Assembly (NCBI GenBank): GCA_963726745.1
Contig: CAVSDR010000004.1
Coordinates: 64,001 to 128,000, forward strand
DNA from: an uncultured Verrucomicrobiae bacterium
GTDB lineage: Bacteria; Verrucomicrobiota; Verrucomicrobiia; Chthoniobacterales; UBA10450
Direction of reading: 5' to 3'
Length of the DNA stretch: 64,000 nucleotides
Position 1 is the first letter of the stretch; each line of letters opens with the position of its first letter. The position numbers and the translations under genes were made by a program. The notes beneath the pieces were generated by a model. That model had not been told where the DNA came from. It was given only the letters and a program-made list of their open reading frames with translations, and made no database searches. This document shows, one piece after another, positions 31,330-42,718 of the stretch.

Positions 31330-31985
31330 GCTATTGGGAATTTTCGGTTTGGGATTTTGGAATCGAGGAGCGCCCGGGCAGCGCGGGCATACTCTGCAAT
31401 GTCCGCGGCTTGCAGCAAGCCGGAGACAATGACCACGCGTTGCGCGCCCGCGGCCAGGACTTGCGGGAGATTCTCCAGCTTGATCCCGCCGATGCAGAAA
31501 ATCGGCAGACGCACGAGCTCGTGGACAGGGGTGATTTGTTCGAGCCCGATCGGCTCGTAGTCCGGTTTCGTCGGCGTGGCGAAGAGCGGACCGAAGCCGA
31601 TGTAATCCGCGCCTTCCTCCATCGCCTGGTGCGCCTGCGCCAGGCTGTGGGTGGAGCGGCCAACCAGACAAGCCGCACCCGCACGCCGGCGCGCTTCCGC
31701 GATCGAGAGATCGTCCTGCCCCACGTGCACGCCCTCGGCCCCGATCTCGCCGGCTATTTCCGGGTGATCGTTGATGATCAAGGGCACGCCGGCGTCGCGG
31801 GTGAGCTTGATTAATTCCGCAGCCTGCCGGCTAATTCCCGCCGCGCTCAGCTTCTTCGCGCGCAATTGGACCAGGTCGACGCCCCCGCGGAGCATCTCGC
31901 GCAGGACGTTCGACGTCTCGTTAGGCGAGACGTAGCCGAGATCGAGAATCCCGTAGAGCCGGGCCTCGCGCAGGCGCGCGCTCAC
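31203..31985 (-). CDS. thiE: Thiamine-phosphate synthase (true stop may be near 31331)
   Basis: [35 protein letters not shown] start overlaps the accC stop. Confidence 0.9.
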   Translation of the reverse strand: MSARLREARLYGILDLGYVSPNETSNVLREMLRGGVDLVQLRAKKLSAAGISRQAAELIKLTRDAGVPLIINDHPEIAGEIGAEGVHVGQDDLSIAEARRRAGAACLVGRSTHSLAQAHQAMEEGADYIGFGPLFATPTKPDYEPIGLEQITPVHELVRLPIFCIGGIKLENLPQVLAAGAQRVVIVSGLLQAADIAEYARAARALLDSKIPNRKFPIACPSSSLVPSRSTPSKLPWRNMPTNSAAPLLTRPSGRASFRQ

Positions 31986-33367
31986 TCGTGCAGGCGCGCC
32001 GGCGACGGCGGAAGCTGGAAGCCGTCGGAATTCATCAACCGCTCGACGAATCCGGTATCGTAGTTGCCTGCGCGGAACTCGGCGTTCTGCATGATCGCGC
32101 TGTGGAACGGCACCGTGGTTTTGATCCCGGTGATGTAATACTCCTCGAGCGCGCGGCGCATGCGGTCGATCGCGGCGGTGCGGGTCGCGCCCACGCAGAT
32201 GAGCTTCGCGATCATCGAGTCGTAATACGGCGGGACGACGTAGCCGGTGTAAGCGTGGGAATCGATCCGCACTCCGCGGCCGCCGGGGGCATAGTAAAAA
32301 TTGATCCGGCCGGGCGACGGCTGGAAATTGCGCGCCGGATCCTCGGCGTTGATCCGGCATTGGATCGCATGCGAGCGCGGGACCGCGTTGGCCACGTGCG
32401 GCGAGAGGTGCTCGCCCGCGGCGACCTTGATCTGCTCCTTCACCAGGTCGCAGCCGTAGACTTCCTCGGTGATCGTGTGCTCCACCTGGATGCGGGTGTT
32501 CATCTCGATGAAGTAGTAGTGGCCTTGATTATCGACCAGGAATTCCATCGTGCCCGCGCCTTCGTAGTCGACCGCTTCCGCGAGCTTGACCGCGGCCTGG
32601 CCCATCTTTTTCCGCAAGGCCGGCGTGAGCAGCGGCGACGGGCATTCCTCGATCACCTTTTGGTTGCGCCGTTGCACGGAACAATCGCGCTCGCCGAGGT
32701 GAACCACCTTGCCATGGCTATCGGCCATGATCTGAAACTCCACGTGATGCGGGTTCACGATCAATTTCTCGATGTAGACGTCGCCGTTGCCGAAGGCCTT
32801 CTCGGCCTCGTTCTTGGCCGCGTGGAAAAGGCCGGCAAAGCTGGCTTCGTTATGCGCCGCGCGCATTCCGCGACCACCGCCGCCGGCGACCGCCTTGATC
32901 ATCACTGGGTAGCCGATCTTACGCGCGATCTTCATCCCCTCGTCTTCGTTCTCGACGATGCCGTCGCTGCCGGGCGTGACCGAAACGCCAGCCTTGCGGG
33001 CCGCGGCGCGCGCGGAATTCTTGTCGCCCATCGCGCGCATCGCGTCGGCTGAGGGCCCGATGAACTTGATCTGGCAGCTCGTGCAAACGTCGGCGAAATG
33101 CGCGTTTTCCGCGAGGAAACCGTAGCCAGGATGGATCGCATCCACGTCGCCCACTTCCGCCGCGCTCATGATCCGGTCGATCTTGAGATAACTCTCCGAG
33201 CTCGGCGGCGCGCCGATGCAGATGGCTTCATCCGCGAGCTGCACGTGGAGCGAATCGACGTCCGCCTCCGAGTAAACTGCCAGCGTCTTGACGCCTAATT
33301 CCTTGCAGGCGCGGATCACGCGCAGGGCGATTTCGCCGCGATTGGCGATGAGGATTTTCTCGAACAT
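31982..33367 (-). CDS. accC: Acetyl-CoA carboxylase biotin carboxylase subunit
   Basis: [47 protein letters not shown]. Confidence 0.96.
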   Translation of the reverse strand: MFEKILIANRGEIALRVIRACKELGVKTLAVYSEADVDSLHVQLADEAICIGAPPSSESYLKIDRIMSAAEVGDVDAIHPGYGFLAENAHFADVCTSCQIKFIGPSADAMRAMGDKNSARAAARKAGVSVTPGSDGIVENEDEGMKIARKIGYPVMIKAVAGGGGRGMRAAHNEASFAGLFHAAKNEAEKAFGNGDVYIEKLIVNPHHVEFQIMADSHGKVVHLGERDCSVQRRNQKVIEECPSPLLTPALRKKMGQAAVKLAEAVDYEGAGTMEFLVDNQGHYYFIEMNTRIQVEHTITEEVYGCDLVKEQIKVAAGEHLSPHVANAVPRSHAIQCRINAEDPARNFQPSPGRINFYYAPGGRGVRIDSHAYTGYVVPPYYDSMIAKLICVGATRTAAIDRMRRALEEYYITGIKTTVPFHSAIMQNAEFRAGNYDTGFVERLMNSDGFQLPPSPARLHE

Positions 33368-33422
33368 CAATGCCGGCTGGCTGGGTTGCTTCGGTGCGAA
33401 ATTTCCGCGGCGCGGCGCGACC

Positions 33423-33890
33423 TCATTTCACCCGGAAAAGCGCCTGGCCAAATTGCACCGGCTTGCCGTTCTCGGCCACGATTTCGGCGATCACGCCGCT
33501 GGTCTCGGCCTTGATTTCGTTCATCACTTTCATCGCCTCGATGATGCAAACCACGGTGTCTTCCGTGACCTGCTTGCCGACCTCGACAAAGGAGGGCGAA
33601 TCCGGCGAAGCCGCGCGGTAAAACGTGCCCACCATCGGCGAGGTGATGTCCTTCAAGGCCGCGCCACTTCCCGCCGCCTGGGCTGCCTGGCTCTCCGCGG
33701 GCGCGGGCTGTGCGCCGCCGCCCCCAGGTATCGGCATTGGGACCAACTGCGGCATGGGCGCGGCAAAAACCGTCTGCTCGCCGGCACCTTTTTGCAGCTT
33801 CAACTTAAAGCCATCCTTCTCCAGTTCGAACACCGAGAGGTCGTTCTTTTTCATCAGGTCGATGATGGCTTTGATGTCTTTTAATTCCAC
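33423..33890 (-). CDS. accB: Biotin carboxyl carrier protein
   Basis: SPMVGTFY and EAMKVMNEI biotinylation motif; GTG start inferred. Confidence 0.95.
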   Translation of the reverse strand: MELKDIKAIIDLMKKNDLSVFELEKDGFKLKLQKGAGEQTVFAAPMPQLVPMPIPGGGGAQPAPAESQAAQAAGSGAALKDITSPMVGTFYRAASPDSPSFVEVGKQVTEDTVVCIIEAMKVMNEIKAETSGVIAEIVAENGKPVQFGQALFRVK

Positions 33891-33948
33891 GAAGTCTCCC
33901 GGGTAGATGCGCTTGGGCGAGTTAGGTAAAGCGGTTTTCTCCGGGAGG

Positions 33949-34422
33949 TCAAGCAAACGAACCGCGCGCCAGTTTCTCCAGCTGCGCGGTGCGGAAATCG
34001 AAGATGCGCTCGAGCTGCGGCCGGACGAGCAAGGGATGGAGCAGCGCGCCCAGCGGGCCCAAGGGCGGGACGTAATGCACCAGGTCGCGCACAAGCGTTT
34101 CGCTCGTCGCCCAGCGCGCTCGAAGAAATGCTCGTGATGCCAGAGCGCGATACGGCCCAACGCGCTGCTCATCGACGAAGTGATGCGGCCGCGCGACGTG
34201 CGTGATCTCCGTCAGCCACGTCATCGGAATACCAAAGAGCGGCGAGACCGTGTAGCGGATCATCAGCCCGGGATAAATCTCCGGCGGCACCTCCGACTTC
34301 ACGCAAAAGCCGAGAGTGGGCGGCGTGATCTTCGCGAGGTTGCCGGGATTGCTGAAAAAATCCCAGCAACGCTCGAGCGAGAGCGGAACTTTTTGTTCGC
34401 GAGCCAGCGTGTAGATGGGCAT
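33949..34422 (-). CDS. SRPBCC-family protein (internal compensating frameshifts)
   Basis: WDFFSNPGNLAKITPP, W.TEIT, FVDEQRVGPY; the expected ALWHHEHFF appears in a neighbouring frame near 34120-34150. Confidence 0.85.
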   Translation of the reverse strand: MPIYTLAREQKVPLSLERCWDFFSNPGNLAKITPPTLGFCVKSEVPPEIYPGLMIRYTVSPLFGIPMTWLTEITHVARPHHFVDEQRVGPYRALASRAFLRARWATSETLVRDLVHYVPPLGPLGALLHPLLVRPQLERIFDFRTAQLEKLARGSFA

Positions 34423-34429
34423 GCGAAAG

Positions 34430-35116
34430 CTACGCCGGGGCGGCCGGGAGAGACGCGACCACCCGGCCGTCGCGCAACTGGATCTCGCGCCCTGCGGCCG
34501 CCGCCACTTCCGCGCTATGTGTCACCACGATGAGCGTCGCCCGGCGCTCCTGGCCGATTTTAGCCAGCACTTTCATGACCTTCTCGGCCGCGACGGAATC
34601 GAGGTTGCCGGTCGGTTCGTCCGCGATCAAGAGGCTGGGCCGATGCACCAGCGCGCGGGCAATCGCCGTCCGCTGCTGCTCGCCGCCGCTCAGCTGATGC
34701 ACGAAATGCCGCTCGCGTTCCGCCAGGCCGACGAGCTCGAGGAGCTCGCGCGCGCGCCGCTCGGTTTCGCCTAACGAGACGCCCTGGAGGAGCAGCGGGA
34801 AACCGACATTCTCGAGCACGTTCATCGTCGGCAGGAGATTGAAAAATTGGAAGACCAGCCCGAGCCGGTGGCGTCGATAATCGGTCAGGGCGGCGTCATT
34901 CGCGGCGTGCAACGCCAGGTCGCCGACAAAAATTTCCCCGCTGGTCGGCGTGTCCAGGCCTGCGATCAGATGCATCAGCGTGCTTTTGCCGCAGCCGCTC
35001 GGCCCGGTGATGGCGACAAATTCGCCCTCGGCGATCTCCAGCGAGACGCCATCGACCGCATGCACCGGGCGGTCGCCGCTCGTATAATGGCGGGTGACGT
35101 GGCGCAGCGAGATCAA
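34430..35116 (-). CDS. LolD/MacB-like ABC ATP-binding protein
   Basis: [33 protein letters not shown]. Confidence 0.92.
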   Translation of the reverse strand: MISLRHVTRHYTSGDRPVHAVDGVSLEIAEGEFVAITGPSGCGKSTLMHLIAGLDTPTSGEIFVGDLALHAANDAALTDYRRHRLGLVFQFFNLLPTMNVLENVGFPLLLQGVSLGETERRARELLELVGLAERERHFVHQLSGGEQQRTAIARALVHRPSLLIADEPTGNLDSVAAEKVMKVLAKIGQERRATLIVVTHSAEVAAAAGREIQLRDGRVVASLPAAPA

Positions 35117-35888
35117 GGGTGCTTTATCCGCCAGCGACGCGGCCCGCGCAAATTGCCGGACGGACTTCCGGCTGGTTGCCGAGACCGAAGACTACGCCGT
35201 GGTCGACAAACCGCCGTTTCTCTTAGTCCACCCGACCAAGCCCGATGGCCCGCGCACGCTCTGGGGCGAGCTGCGCCAGCTCTTTGCCTACGAACTCGCG
35301 AATGGCGGCCAGGTCTCGATCGTCAATCGACTCGACCGCGAAACCAGCGGGCTGGTGCTGGTGGCGAAAACTGCGCGAGCGGCCCGCGAGTTTGGCCTGC
35401 AGATGCAGCGCGGCGAAATCGCCAAGGAATATCTCGCCGTGGCCTGGGGCTGGCCGGAGTGGGACGCGACCACGCTCGATCTCTCGCTCGCGCGGCAGGG
35501 TGCGCACAGCTTGTCGGCTATTTATCTCAAGCAGGCGCCGCATCCGGCGGGCGCCGCGGCGGTGACGCACTTCGCGGTCGAGCGCCGCTTCGAACGCGCC
35601 ACTTCCGCAGGCCAGAAGTTTTCCGTTATCCGCGCAACCCCGGTGACCGGCCGCACCCACCAAATCCGCGTGCACCTGGCCGAGCTCGGGCATCCCATCG
35701 TCGGCGACAAACTCTACGGCCCGGACGAACGCTGCTATCTCGAGTTTATCGAGACCGGCTGGACCGCGTCGCTCGAGCAGCGGCTCCTGCTCCCGCGGCA
35801 CGCGCTCCATTCCGCGAAGCTGGCCATCGCAGGCGTGGGCAGCTGGACCTGCGAGCTGCCCGACGATCTTCGAGCGTTTCTCGCTTAG
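35094..35888 (+). CDS. RluA-family pseudouridine synthase (start uncertain)
   Basis: VVDKP, NRLDRETSG, TGRTHQIRVH, GHPIVGDKLY, ALHS. Confidence 0.9.
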   Translation: MTWRSEIKGALSASDAARANCRTDFRLVAETEDYAVVDKPPFLLVHPTKPDGPRTLWGELRQLFAYELANGGQVSIVNRLDRETSGLVLVAKTARAAREFGLQMQRGEIAKEYLAVAWGWPEWDATTLDLSLARQGAHSLSAIYLKQAPHPAGAAAVTHFAVERRFERATSAGQKFSVIRATPVTGRTHQIRVHLAELGHPIVGDKLYGPDERCYLEFIETGWTASLEQRLLLPRHALHSAKLAIAGVGSWTCELPDDLRAFLA

Positions 35889-36529
35889 CGCTCGACCTTG
35901 ATGTCCGCGAAGCGGATCACCTTCCCGCCGAAATCGTGATAGGTCGATAGCTGGAGCCCGCCGAAATCCTGATACTTGTCCCAGGTAGCGTGCATCGTGG
36001 TGTCAGGCTTCGGGCTGTAATCCCAGGAGCGAACCAGCTTGGTCGCCGGGTCAACGTAGAGGACATACTGGTCGTTAGGCGTCAGGCCCACTTTGCCGAA
36101 TTGCATCCGGAGCGCTTCCAGCTCCGCACCGTCGATCGATTTCTTTCCTTCGGCGGTCAGGGTCACGCCAGGATCGAGCACCTTCAATGGCGCGAGCAGC
36201 CAGTAGGCGTCGTTCGTCCAGCGCGCGTAGGCCGCCTTGGCGTTCTCGTCGTTGCCGGGATTGGCCAGGTTCACGGTTACGTCTTTGTCTTTCCACTTCA
36301 CGTGATCGGTCTGAGCGGCCACGTCCCAGTCGTGCGTTGCGGAAACGAGCTCCTTTCCCTGGTCTTCGACGATGAAGGTGAATTGGAGCCGCTTCACCTG
36401 GCTCCAGTTTTCGCCGCCGCTCGCTTTCCAGACTTCCTTCGCCAATTGCTGCGCCCGGGCGTCCTCCGCGCGCGCCTGGAAGCCAAGGGAAACGGAGAGC
36501 AAGAGAACGGGAAGAAGCAGCGATTTCAT
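35885..36529 (-). CDS. Secreted hypothetical protein
   Basis: Signal peptide; SGGENW and ND.YWLLAP patterns; beta-rich. Confidence 0.75.
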   Translation of the reverse strand: MKSLLLPVLLLSVSLGFQARAEDARAQQLAKEVWKASGGENWSQVKRLQFTFIVEDQGKELVSATHDWDVAAQTDHVKWKDKDVTVNLANPGNDENAKAAYARWTNDAYWLLAPLKVLDPGVTLTAEGKKSIDGAELEALRMQFGKVGLTPNDQYVLYVDPATKLVRSWDYSPKPDTTMHATWDKYQDFGGLQLSTYHDFGGKVIRFADIKVER

Positions 36530-36597
36530 GAGGAGGAAGCTGCCAGCCGCCGCGCGCATTGCAATCACTCGCGCTCATCCTATCGTAGCGCGCGCTC

Positions 36598-37218
36598 ATG
36601 ATTTTCCACCGCCTTTCCCTGTTCGTTCTTGCGCTTACGCTTGCGGCCGTGCCGCTGGTTTCCGCCGGCACCGAAGCCGTCAGCCGGCATCTTGGCGGCG
36701 CCACGGAACTGGTCGCGCCGAGCTTCGAAGTCGCGGCCGAAACCTCTTACCTGCTCGGCTCTTTTGCGAATCCGAACAGCTATGAGGTTGGCGCGCTTTT
36801 CGTGACTGCCCGTTGGCGCTGGGGCAAGATCGAGCGGCCCGGTTTTTGGCGCGGTTACAACCAGGTCTACTTCCTCGGGATGGCCGAGCCGATCTTTCGC
36901 GGCCCGGAGAACTTCTACTACGGAGTTAGCGCCGGTTTCCGCTACAACTTCGTCCAGCCGGGCGCGCGCCTCGTGCCTTACGTCAGCGGCGGCGTCGGCC
37001 TCGGATGGATCGACAGCCACGCGAACGTCTTCGGCGCGCAAGGCCAGGATTTTACTTTCAACATCCTGACCGCGCTCGGCGTTTCCTATCGCCTGAACGA
37101 TCGCACCAGCCTGACCGTCGGCGCGCTTTACCAGCATCTTTCCAACGGCGGCCAGACCGATCCCAACCCGAGCCTTAATCTTTTCGGCCCGCAGGTCGGC
37201 CTGACCTGGGCGTTTTAG
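36598..37218 (+). CDS. PagL-like acyloxyacyl hydrolase (lipid A 3-O-deacylase family) outer-membrane barrel
   Basis: Signal peptide; QDFTFN, YQHLSNGG..PNPSLN; terminal Phe. Confidence 0.8.
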   Translation: MIFHRLSLFVLALTLAAVPLVSAGTEAVSRHLGGATELVAPSFEVAAETSYLLGSFANPNSYEVGALFVTARWRWGKIERPGFWRGYNQVYFLGMAEPIFRGPENFYYGVSAGFRYNFVQPGARLVPYVSGGVGLGWIDSHANVFGAQGQDFTFNILTALGVSYRLNDRTSLTVGALYQHLSNGGQTDPNPSLNLFGPQVGLTWAF

Positions 37219-37226
37219 ACAGCGAG

Positions 37227-37841
37227 ATGGCGGAAGAAAACGTCCTCGTCGTCCGGCGCAGTCTCCTGGACGAGCTGGGCACTTTTCAGGGTTTGAACTT
37301 CGAGCCGGAGAAATATCTCGGCGCGCTCCTTTCGCGCGGAAATAATTTCTTTCTCCCGCGCGCGCAGGCGGAGAACGATCCGACGCACAAGCAGCTCATC
37401 CCTTACGTGCTCGTGGCGCACGAAGGTAAGGTGCTGCATTACGTGCGCGGGAAAAAAGCCGGCGAGCAGCGCCTGGTCGCGAAAGGTTCCATCGGCATCG
37501 GCGGGCACATGAACGACACCGACGAGTCGCTTTTTGCCTGGGACGAAGCGGCCTACCGCGCCGGGGTCGAGCGCGAGGTCACCGAGGAAATTAAAATAGG
37601 CAGCACTTTCACCGACCGGATCGTGGCGCTCTTGAACGACGACAGCACCGAGGTCGGACGGGTGCACCTCGGGATCGTCCATGTCTTCCAGTTGGCGGAA
37701 GCGAAAGCCGAGAAGCGCGAGTCGATGATTACCAACCTCGCCTTCCTCAGTCGCGCCGAGCTCGAGGAGAAACGCGACGCGCTCGAGACCTGGTCGCAGC
37801 TCTGCCTGGACTCGTTAGACCGGCTCCTCGCGGCTCAATAA
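37227..37841 (+). CDS. Predicted NUDIX-fold phosphoesterase
   Basis: AENDPTHKQLIPY, SIGIGGH, REVTEEI, VGRVHLG, ETWS. Confidence 0.8.
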   Translation: MAEENVLVVRRSLLDELGTFQGLNFEPEKYLGALLSRGNNFFLPRAQAENDPTHKQLIPYVLVAHEGKVLHYVRGKKAGEQRLVAKGSIGIGGHMNDTDESLFAWDEAAYRAGVEREVTEEIKIGSTFTDRIVALLNDDSTEVGRVHLGIVHVFQLAEAKAEKRESMITNLAFLSRAELEEKRDALETWSQLCLDSLDRLLAAQ

Positions 37842-38215
37842 CGCGGACGCCCGCCCCAGAGGACGGTGCCGTTCTGGATGACCACCCGGTAACGCTGTTT
37901 CCCGGTGTAGGAGCCGAATTGGTTCCGCGCATTGACCTTGAAGTCGACCACGTAGCCGACGAAACGCTCGCCGCTCCGCGTCTTGTATTCGCCCGGTTTG
38001 GGCGGGGCGTCCCAATCGATCACCGCGCTCGCGGGGTCGGCCAGCTTCGTCTCCAGCCAGCGCTCGACGATCGACTTGTAACCAAGCGGCGGCTGACCGT
38101 AGACCGCTGGGTCGCCGCGCGTGGGGATGACTTCGCTGGGTTTCTGCGCCGGGACCAGCGGCAGGCCGGTGCAGAGAAGCGCCAGCGCGAGAAGCATCGT
38201 TTTCGTTCTGCTCAT
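37835..38215 (-). CDS. Secreted hypothetical protein
   Basis: Signal peptide; LADPAS and VNARNQFGSYTG pattern. Confidence 0.7.
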   Translation of the reverse strand: MSRTKTMLLALALLCTGLPLVPAQKPSEVIPTRGDPAVYGQPPLGYKSIVERWLETKLADPASAVIDWDAPPKPGEYKTRSGERFVGYVVDFKVNARNQFGSYTGKQRYRVVIQNGTVLWGGRPRY

Positions 38216-38253
38216 GCGGAAAACTTACGCCGCGGGGCGGACATGGTCGAGCG

Positions 38254-39913
38254 CTACGGCTGCGGATTAGCGAGCAATCTCCAAAAAAACGGCGAGCCCG
38301 CCGGCACGTTGTGGTCCTCCATCGAGCTCGGCGCCCACGGCTGCGGCGAGGCCGGCCCGGTCGAAATCACCGACCAATTCCGCAGGTCGGGCGAGCGCTC
38401 CAAAGTGTAGGCAAAACCAAAGAGCGCGGTGTAGGCGAACATCGCCGTCGGGCGTCCACTGCCGATCACCAACCGCGGCGGAAACTCCCGCTGCGCCAGC
38501 TCCGCCGGGTCTTCCCGCGCCGGCAGGAGAAAACGCAGCGCCTGCGGCAAACGCGCGGCCCAAGCGGCTTCGTTGTGCGCCTGCCCGCAGCCGCCAACAA
38601 ACGTGACCTCGCCATTCGCGGCGTAGCCTTGCCCAAGGTGAGTATCGAACATTGCGAGCGCGTTGTTCCAATCGCTCGCCGGCTCGGCGGTGCCGAAATC
38701 CAGATAGACCCGGAGCGGCTTCTTCGAGCCGGCATTTACCTGCGCGACATAGTTCGGCGCGATCCACCAGGCGCTCGAAAAGACGCCGGCCCTGCCGAAG
38801 ACCGGGAACTCGCGCGCGAAATAAAGCGAGATCAAACCGCCTAACGAGGAGCCGGCGATGACGGTGTTCTTCGGATCGTTCAAGGTGCGATAGGTCGTAT
38901 CGACGTAAGGCCGCACGTTGTTGATCACGAAATTGGCGTAGGCGTCGCCACGGCCTTGAGTGCCCTGATAGGAATCCGTCGGCGGCATGTATTCCGGGAT
39001 GCGCGCGGCGGTGTTATCGATCGCCACCAGGATGGCCTCGCGCATCCGCCCCTGCCCGATCTCGCGCGTGGCCGTGGCGTCCGCGCTCCAGGAACCGAAG
39101 GAGCCGCCGGGATCGAAAACGTTCTGCCCATCGTGCAGGTAAAGCACCGGGTAACGGCGCGTGCTGTTCTGGGGGTAAGCGCGCGGCAGATAAATGCGGA
39201 TGTTGCGCCCGGCGATATTCGGCGCGGTCGAGTTGACGAACTGCGTGACGATCTGCGGCGGGCTCACCGTGGCCGGCGGTTGATACGAGAAAACGTTCCC
39301 GTCCTGCACCTGGAAAACGTCGAGATCGGTGAGGTAATTTCCGCCGCCCGGCGGGTTATCGTAGTGCCCGGCGCCGTCCGTGAAGACGAACTCGAGCGCC
39401 TCGCCTTCCACGCCTACGCCGCTGATTTTAAACAGCGACTCGCCCGTCGACGCGCCCAGCACCGACCTTGGCCATGGCCGCGGCGACGAAGGTGCCGTTG
39501 GAGTTATAGAAGAGGTTGGTCGTGTTCCAGCCGCTCAGGTAGTAGATCGTTTTCCCGCGATAAGGCGGCTCCGGCGCGGGCGGGATGGTGCGGGTGAGAT
39601 CGCTCGTTAGCCAGGTGGCGTTGCTCGAGTTGCACCAGGCGGAGTTCGCGGTGCTGCGCGCGAGAAAGCGATACTGCAACTGCGTCCCTGCCTGCACCGC
39701 CACCTGCGCGGTCCAAACGTTGCCCGCGGTGTAGCGCAGCTTGATCGCGCGGGTGACGTCCCAGTTCCCAAGGTCCGCATGATTGCCGGAAACGAAGACG
39801 CTGTTCCCGAAGCCGACGTCGCCGGTGTAGGAAAACGTGACCGTTTCGCGTTGCGGGCTGGAAGCGAAGACCGAAGTCGCGAGGCAAACAAACAGGAGGA
39901 GGGCGAGGCGCAT
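38254..39913 (-). CDS. Secreted CBM20-containing alpha/beta-hydrolase esterase (apparent frameshift near 39451)
   Basis: Signal + CBM20-like GNSVFVSGNHADLGNW in ORF 39428-39964; YDNP, YLHDGQN, GSSLGG and HNEAAW in ORF 38254-39462. Confidence 0.8.
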
Positions 39914-39970
39914 GGGAAGCGGGCCACCTTGCACGGCGCGCCGCGGGAAGACAAGCGGCGCCACCGCGAT

Positions 39971-42662
39971 CTACCCAGTGGTGCGCAGGCCGCTGGCGAT
40001 CGCGTTCACGGTCACGAGCAGCTGGATAAAAAGCGGATCGCTGGAAATCTCCGTGGCGTGCTCCGCCGCGCGCCATTCTCGCAGAAGCTGGATCTGCTGC
40101 CGGTGGAGCATGGCCAGCCCGGAATGGCGCAGCTGGAGCACGCGCGCCAGCCGCGGCCGGCGCGCGAGCAGGTCCGCGCCGAAGATCTGCTCGAGCAGTC
40201 TCCGTGTGCGGATGTATTCCGCTTCGATCAATCCAAAGACGCGCGCGCGCGTCGCCTCGTCCTCCACCAGCGCGGAGTATTCCCGCATCAATTCGAGATC
40301 AGCCTGGAGCACGCTCGTGCTCACATTCATCAAGAGATACCGCAGCGGCGGCCAATCCGGCGCCTGCGCGCGCAGCGCCTCGAAGCTCGCGGGATCGCGC
40401 GCCAGCAAATCCTCCAAGGCCGCGCCCACGCCATACCAGCTCGGGAGATAAAAGCGCGCCTGGCTCCAGGAAAAAACCCACGGAATCGCGCGCAGATCGT
40501 TCAAGCTCGAGCGCCCGCTGCGCCGGGCCGGGCGCGACCCGATGCGGCTCGACTCGATCACATCCAGCGGCGTCGCCTCCTTGAAAAACGTTAGAAAACC
40601 CTCGGCCTGCAGGAGCTCCTCGTAAGCTTGCCGGCTAATTTCCGTGAGCTGCTCGATCACCGGCTGCAATGCGTGCGCCGGCGCGCTCGTCTCCGCGCGG
40701 CCGATGGTGGTGGCCGCCGCGCCCGCCAGGAGCAGCTCGAGATTGCGCACCGCGGTGATGTGGTTGGCGTACTTCTGCGCGATCGTTTCCCCCTGCTCGG
40801 TCATGCGCAGGTCGCCGCTGCGCGCGGCCGGCGGAAGCGCGTTCAGAAAACGGTGCGTCGGCCCGGCGCCGCGGCTGATCGTCCCGCCGCGCCCGTGGAA
40901 GAAACGGATGCCTAACGAGTGCTTGCGCGCGACCGCGGCCAGTTCCTCCTGCGCCCGGTAAAGGCACCAATGGCTCGCGAAGATGCCGCCATCCTTGTTG
41001 CTGTCGCTGTAGCCGATCATCACCTGCTGGACCGCCTGCGCGCCGCCGCTCAGGAGGCGTTGCGCTTCCAGGCTGCGACGCGTGACCGGGTGCGCGAGAA
41101 ATTCATCCAGCACCTCGGCGGCGCGCCCGAGATCCTCCACCGTTTCGAAAAGCGGCACCACCGGCACCCGGCAGACCAGCCCCTCCGGCGTGCCGACCGC
41201 GAGCCCGGCTTCGCGCGCGAGCAGGTAAACCACGAGCAAGTCGGAGGCGTTCCGCGTCAGGCTCACGATCAGCGAACCCACGCCCCCGGGGCCGTGCGCC
41301 TGCAAATAATTAGCCAGCACTTTCAGGCCGTCGCGCACCGCCGTGGCTTCCGCGCCGACCTCGGCATCCGGCTGCGCAAACGGTCGCGAAGTCGCCAGCT
41401 CCCGCTCGAGAAACTCCCGGCGCGCCGACCTCGTCCCAGCCGGAGAAACTTTCCCTCGGCCACGCCCGCCGCCGTGAGCAATTGCTCCAGCGCGAGCTCA
41501 TGCACCCGGCTGTTCTGCCGCAGGTCGAGCGCCGCCAGATGAAAGCCAAAGGTCTGCACCAGGCGCATCACCGGCTCCACATCGGCCTCGGCCAGGCGGG
41601 CCGCGCCGATCTCCCGGAGGGAAGCGCGCAGAAAGCGCAGGTCCTCCATCAACTCGTTAGGCGAAGCATAGTCCGGTAGCCGGGCCACGATCAGGCTGGC
41701 AAATTGCCGCCAGGGCTCCTGCGGGTTGCGCAGGAGCGCCTTCTGCCCGCGCTTCCCGAGCTGCGCCGCGACCGCGGCCACGCGCTCGAGCAGCGTCGCC
41801 GGCGGTTCCTGCAGAAGCGCGGCCAGGCTCAGGCGCGCGGCCAAGGTCGAGAGACGCCCGTGCAGGAACTCGAGCGCGTTTGCCCGCAGCGTCTGCAAGG
41901 TGCGCGCGGTCACCTCCGCGGTGACTAACGAGTGGCCGTCGCGGTCGCCGCCGACCCAGTTCCCAAAAGCCAGGCGCGGGAGCTGCCCGGGGTCCTGCAG
42001 GAGTGCGGGATCGAAGCCGGTTTCCGCCCAGGCCGCGCGCAGCCGGGCGTCGAGCACCGGGAGGGCGTCGGGAAAAACTTCGCGCAAGTAGTGGATCACG
42101 TTCCGCAGTTCGGCGGTGATGTCGGGCTTGCGGATGAGGATTTCGCCCGCGCGCCAAAGGCGCTCGAGCACCGCCTTGATTTCGTCGCGCAGCAGCCGCC
42201 GCTCGAGCGGCGTCCACATCTGGTTTTCGCAGCGCACCAGCAGGAGATAGAGCTCGCGGTGGCAGCCGAGCGCGGTCGCGCGTTTCGCCTCCGTCGGGTG
42301 CGCCGTGAGCACCGGCTCGACCCGGAGCAATCGGCAAAGCGCTGGCTATTTCCTCCGCGCTCCGTCCATTCGCCGCAAGGGTGCGCAAGGCGCGGCCCCA
42401 GCTGCCACTGGTGCCGGCGAGACCCTCGGCCGTTTCCTGCGCCCGGCGATGTTGCGCGGCCGCGTTTTCCTCCGCGAGGTTGAGCAACTGGAAGGCGATC
42501 GATTGCGCCTGCGCGACCGCCTGGGAGGAGGTTGCGCTGCGAGGGCTCGTTCGCCGACGAGATCGCGGCGGCGACCTCCGCTTCGCCCAATTCCTCGAGC
42601 ACCTCGCAAAAACAGCGGAGCAGGAAGGCGTAGTCCCGCTCAGCTTTTTCCATCTCGACCAT
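39971..42662 (-). CDS. ppc: Phosphoenolpyruvate carboxylase, split by about three frameshifts (error or pseudogene)
   Basis: VLTAHPTE, WVGGDRDG, VPLFET, MIGYSDSNKDGG, FHGRGGTISRG, LRAIPWVFSWSQ and GLRTTG spread over four ORFs. Confidence 0.9.
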
Positions 42663-42718
42663 GTGTGGTCTTCCGCGGGCCCGGCCTGCGCCAGGCGGTG
42701 AAAGTGCTGTCTAAATTC

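Noticed and set aside
33423..34172. Apparent SRPBCC-AccB fusion
   Set aside because: The upstream part is a frameshifted fragment of the SRPBCC gene; AccB starts at GTG 33890.
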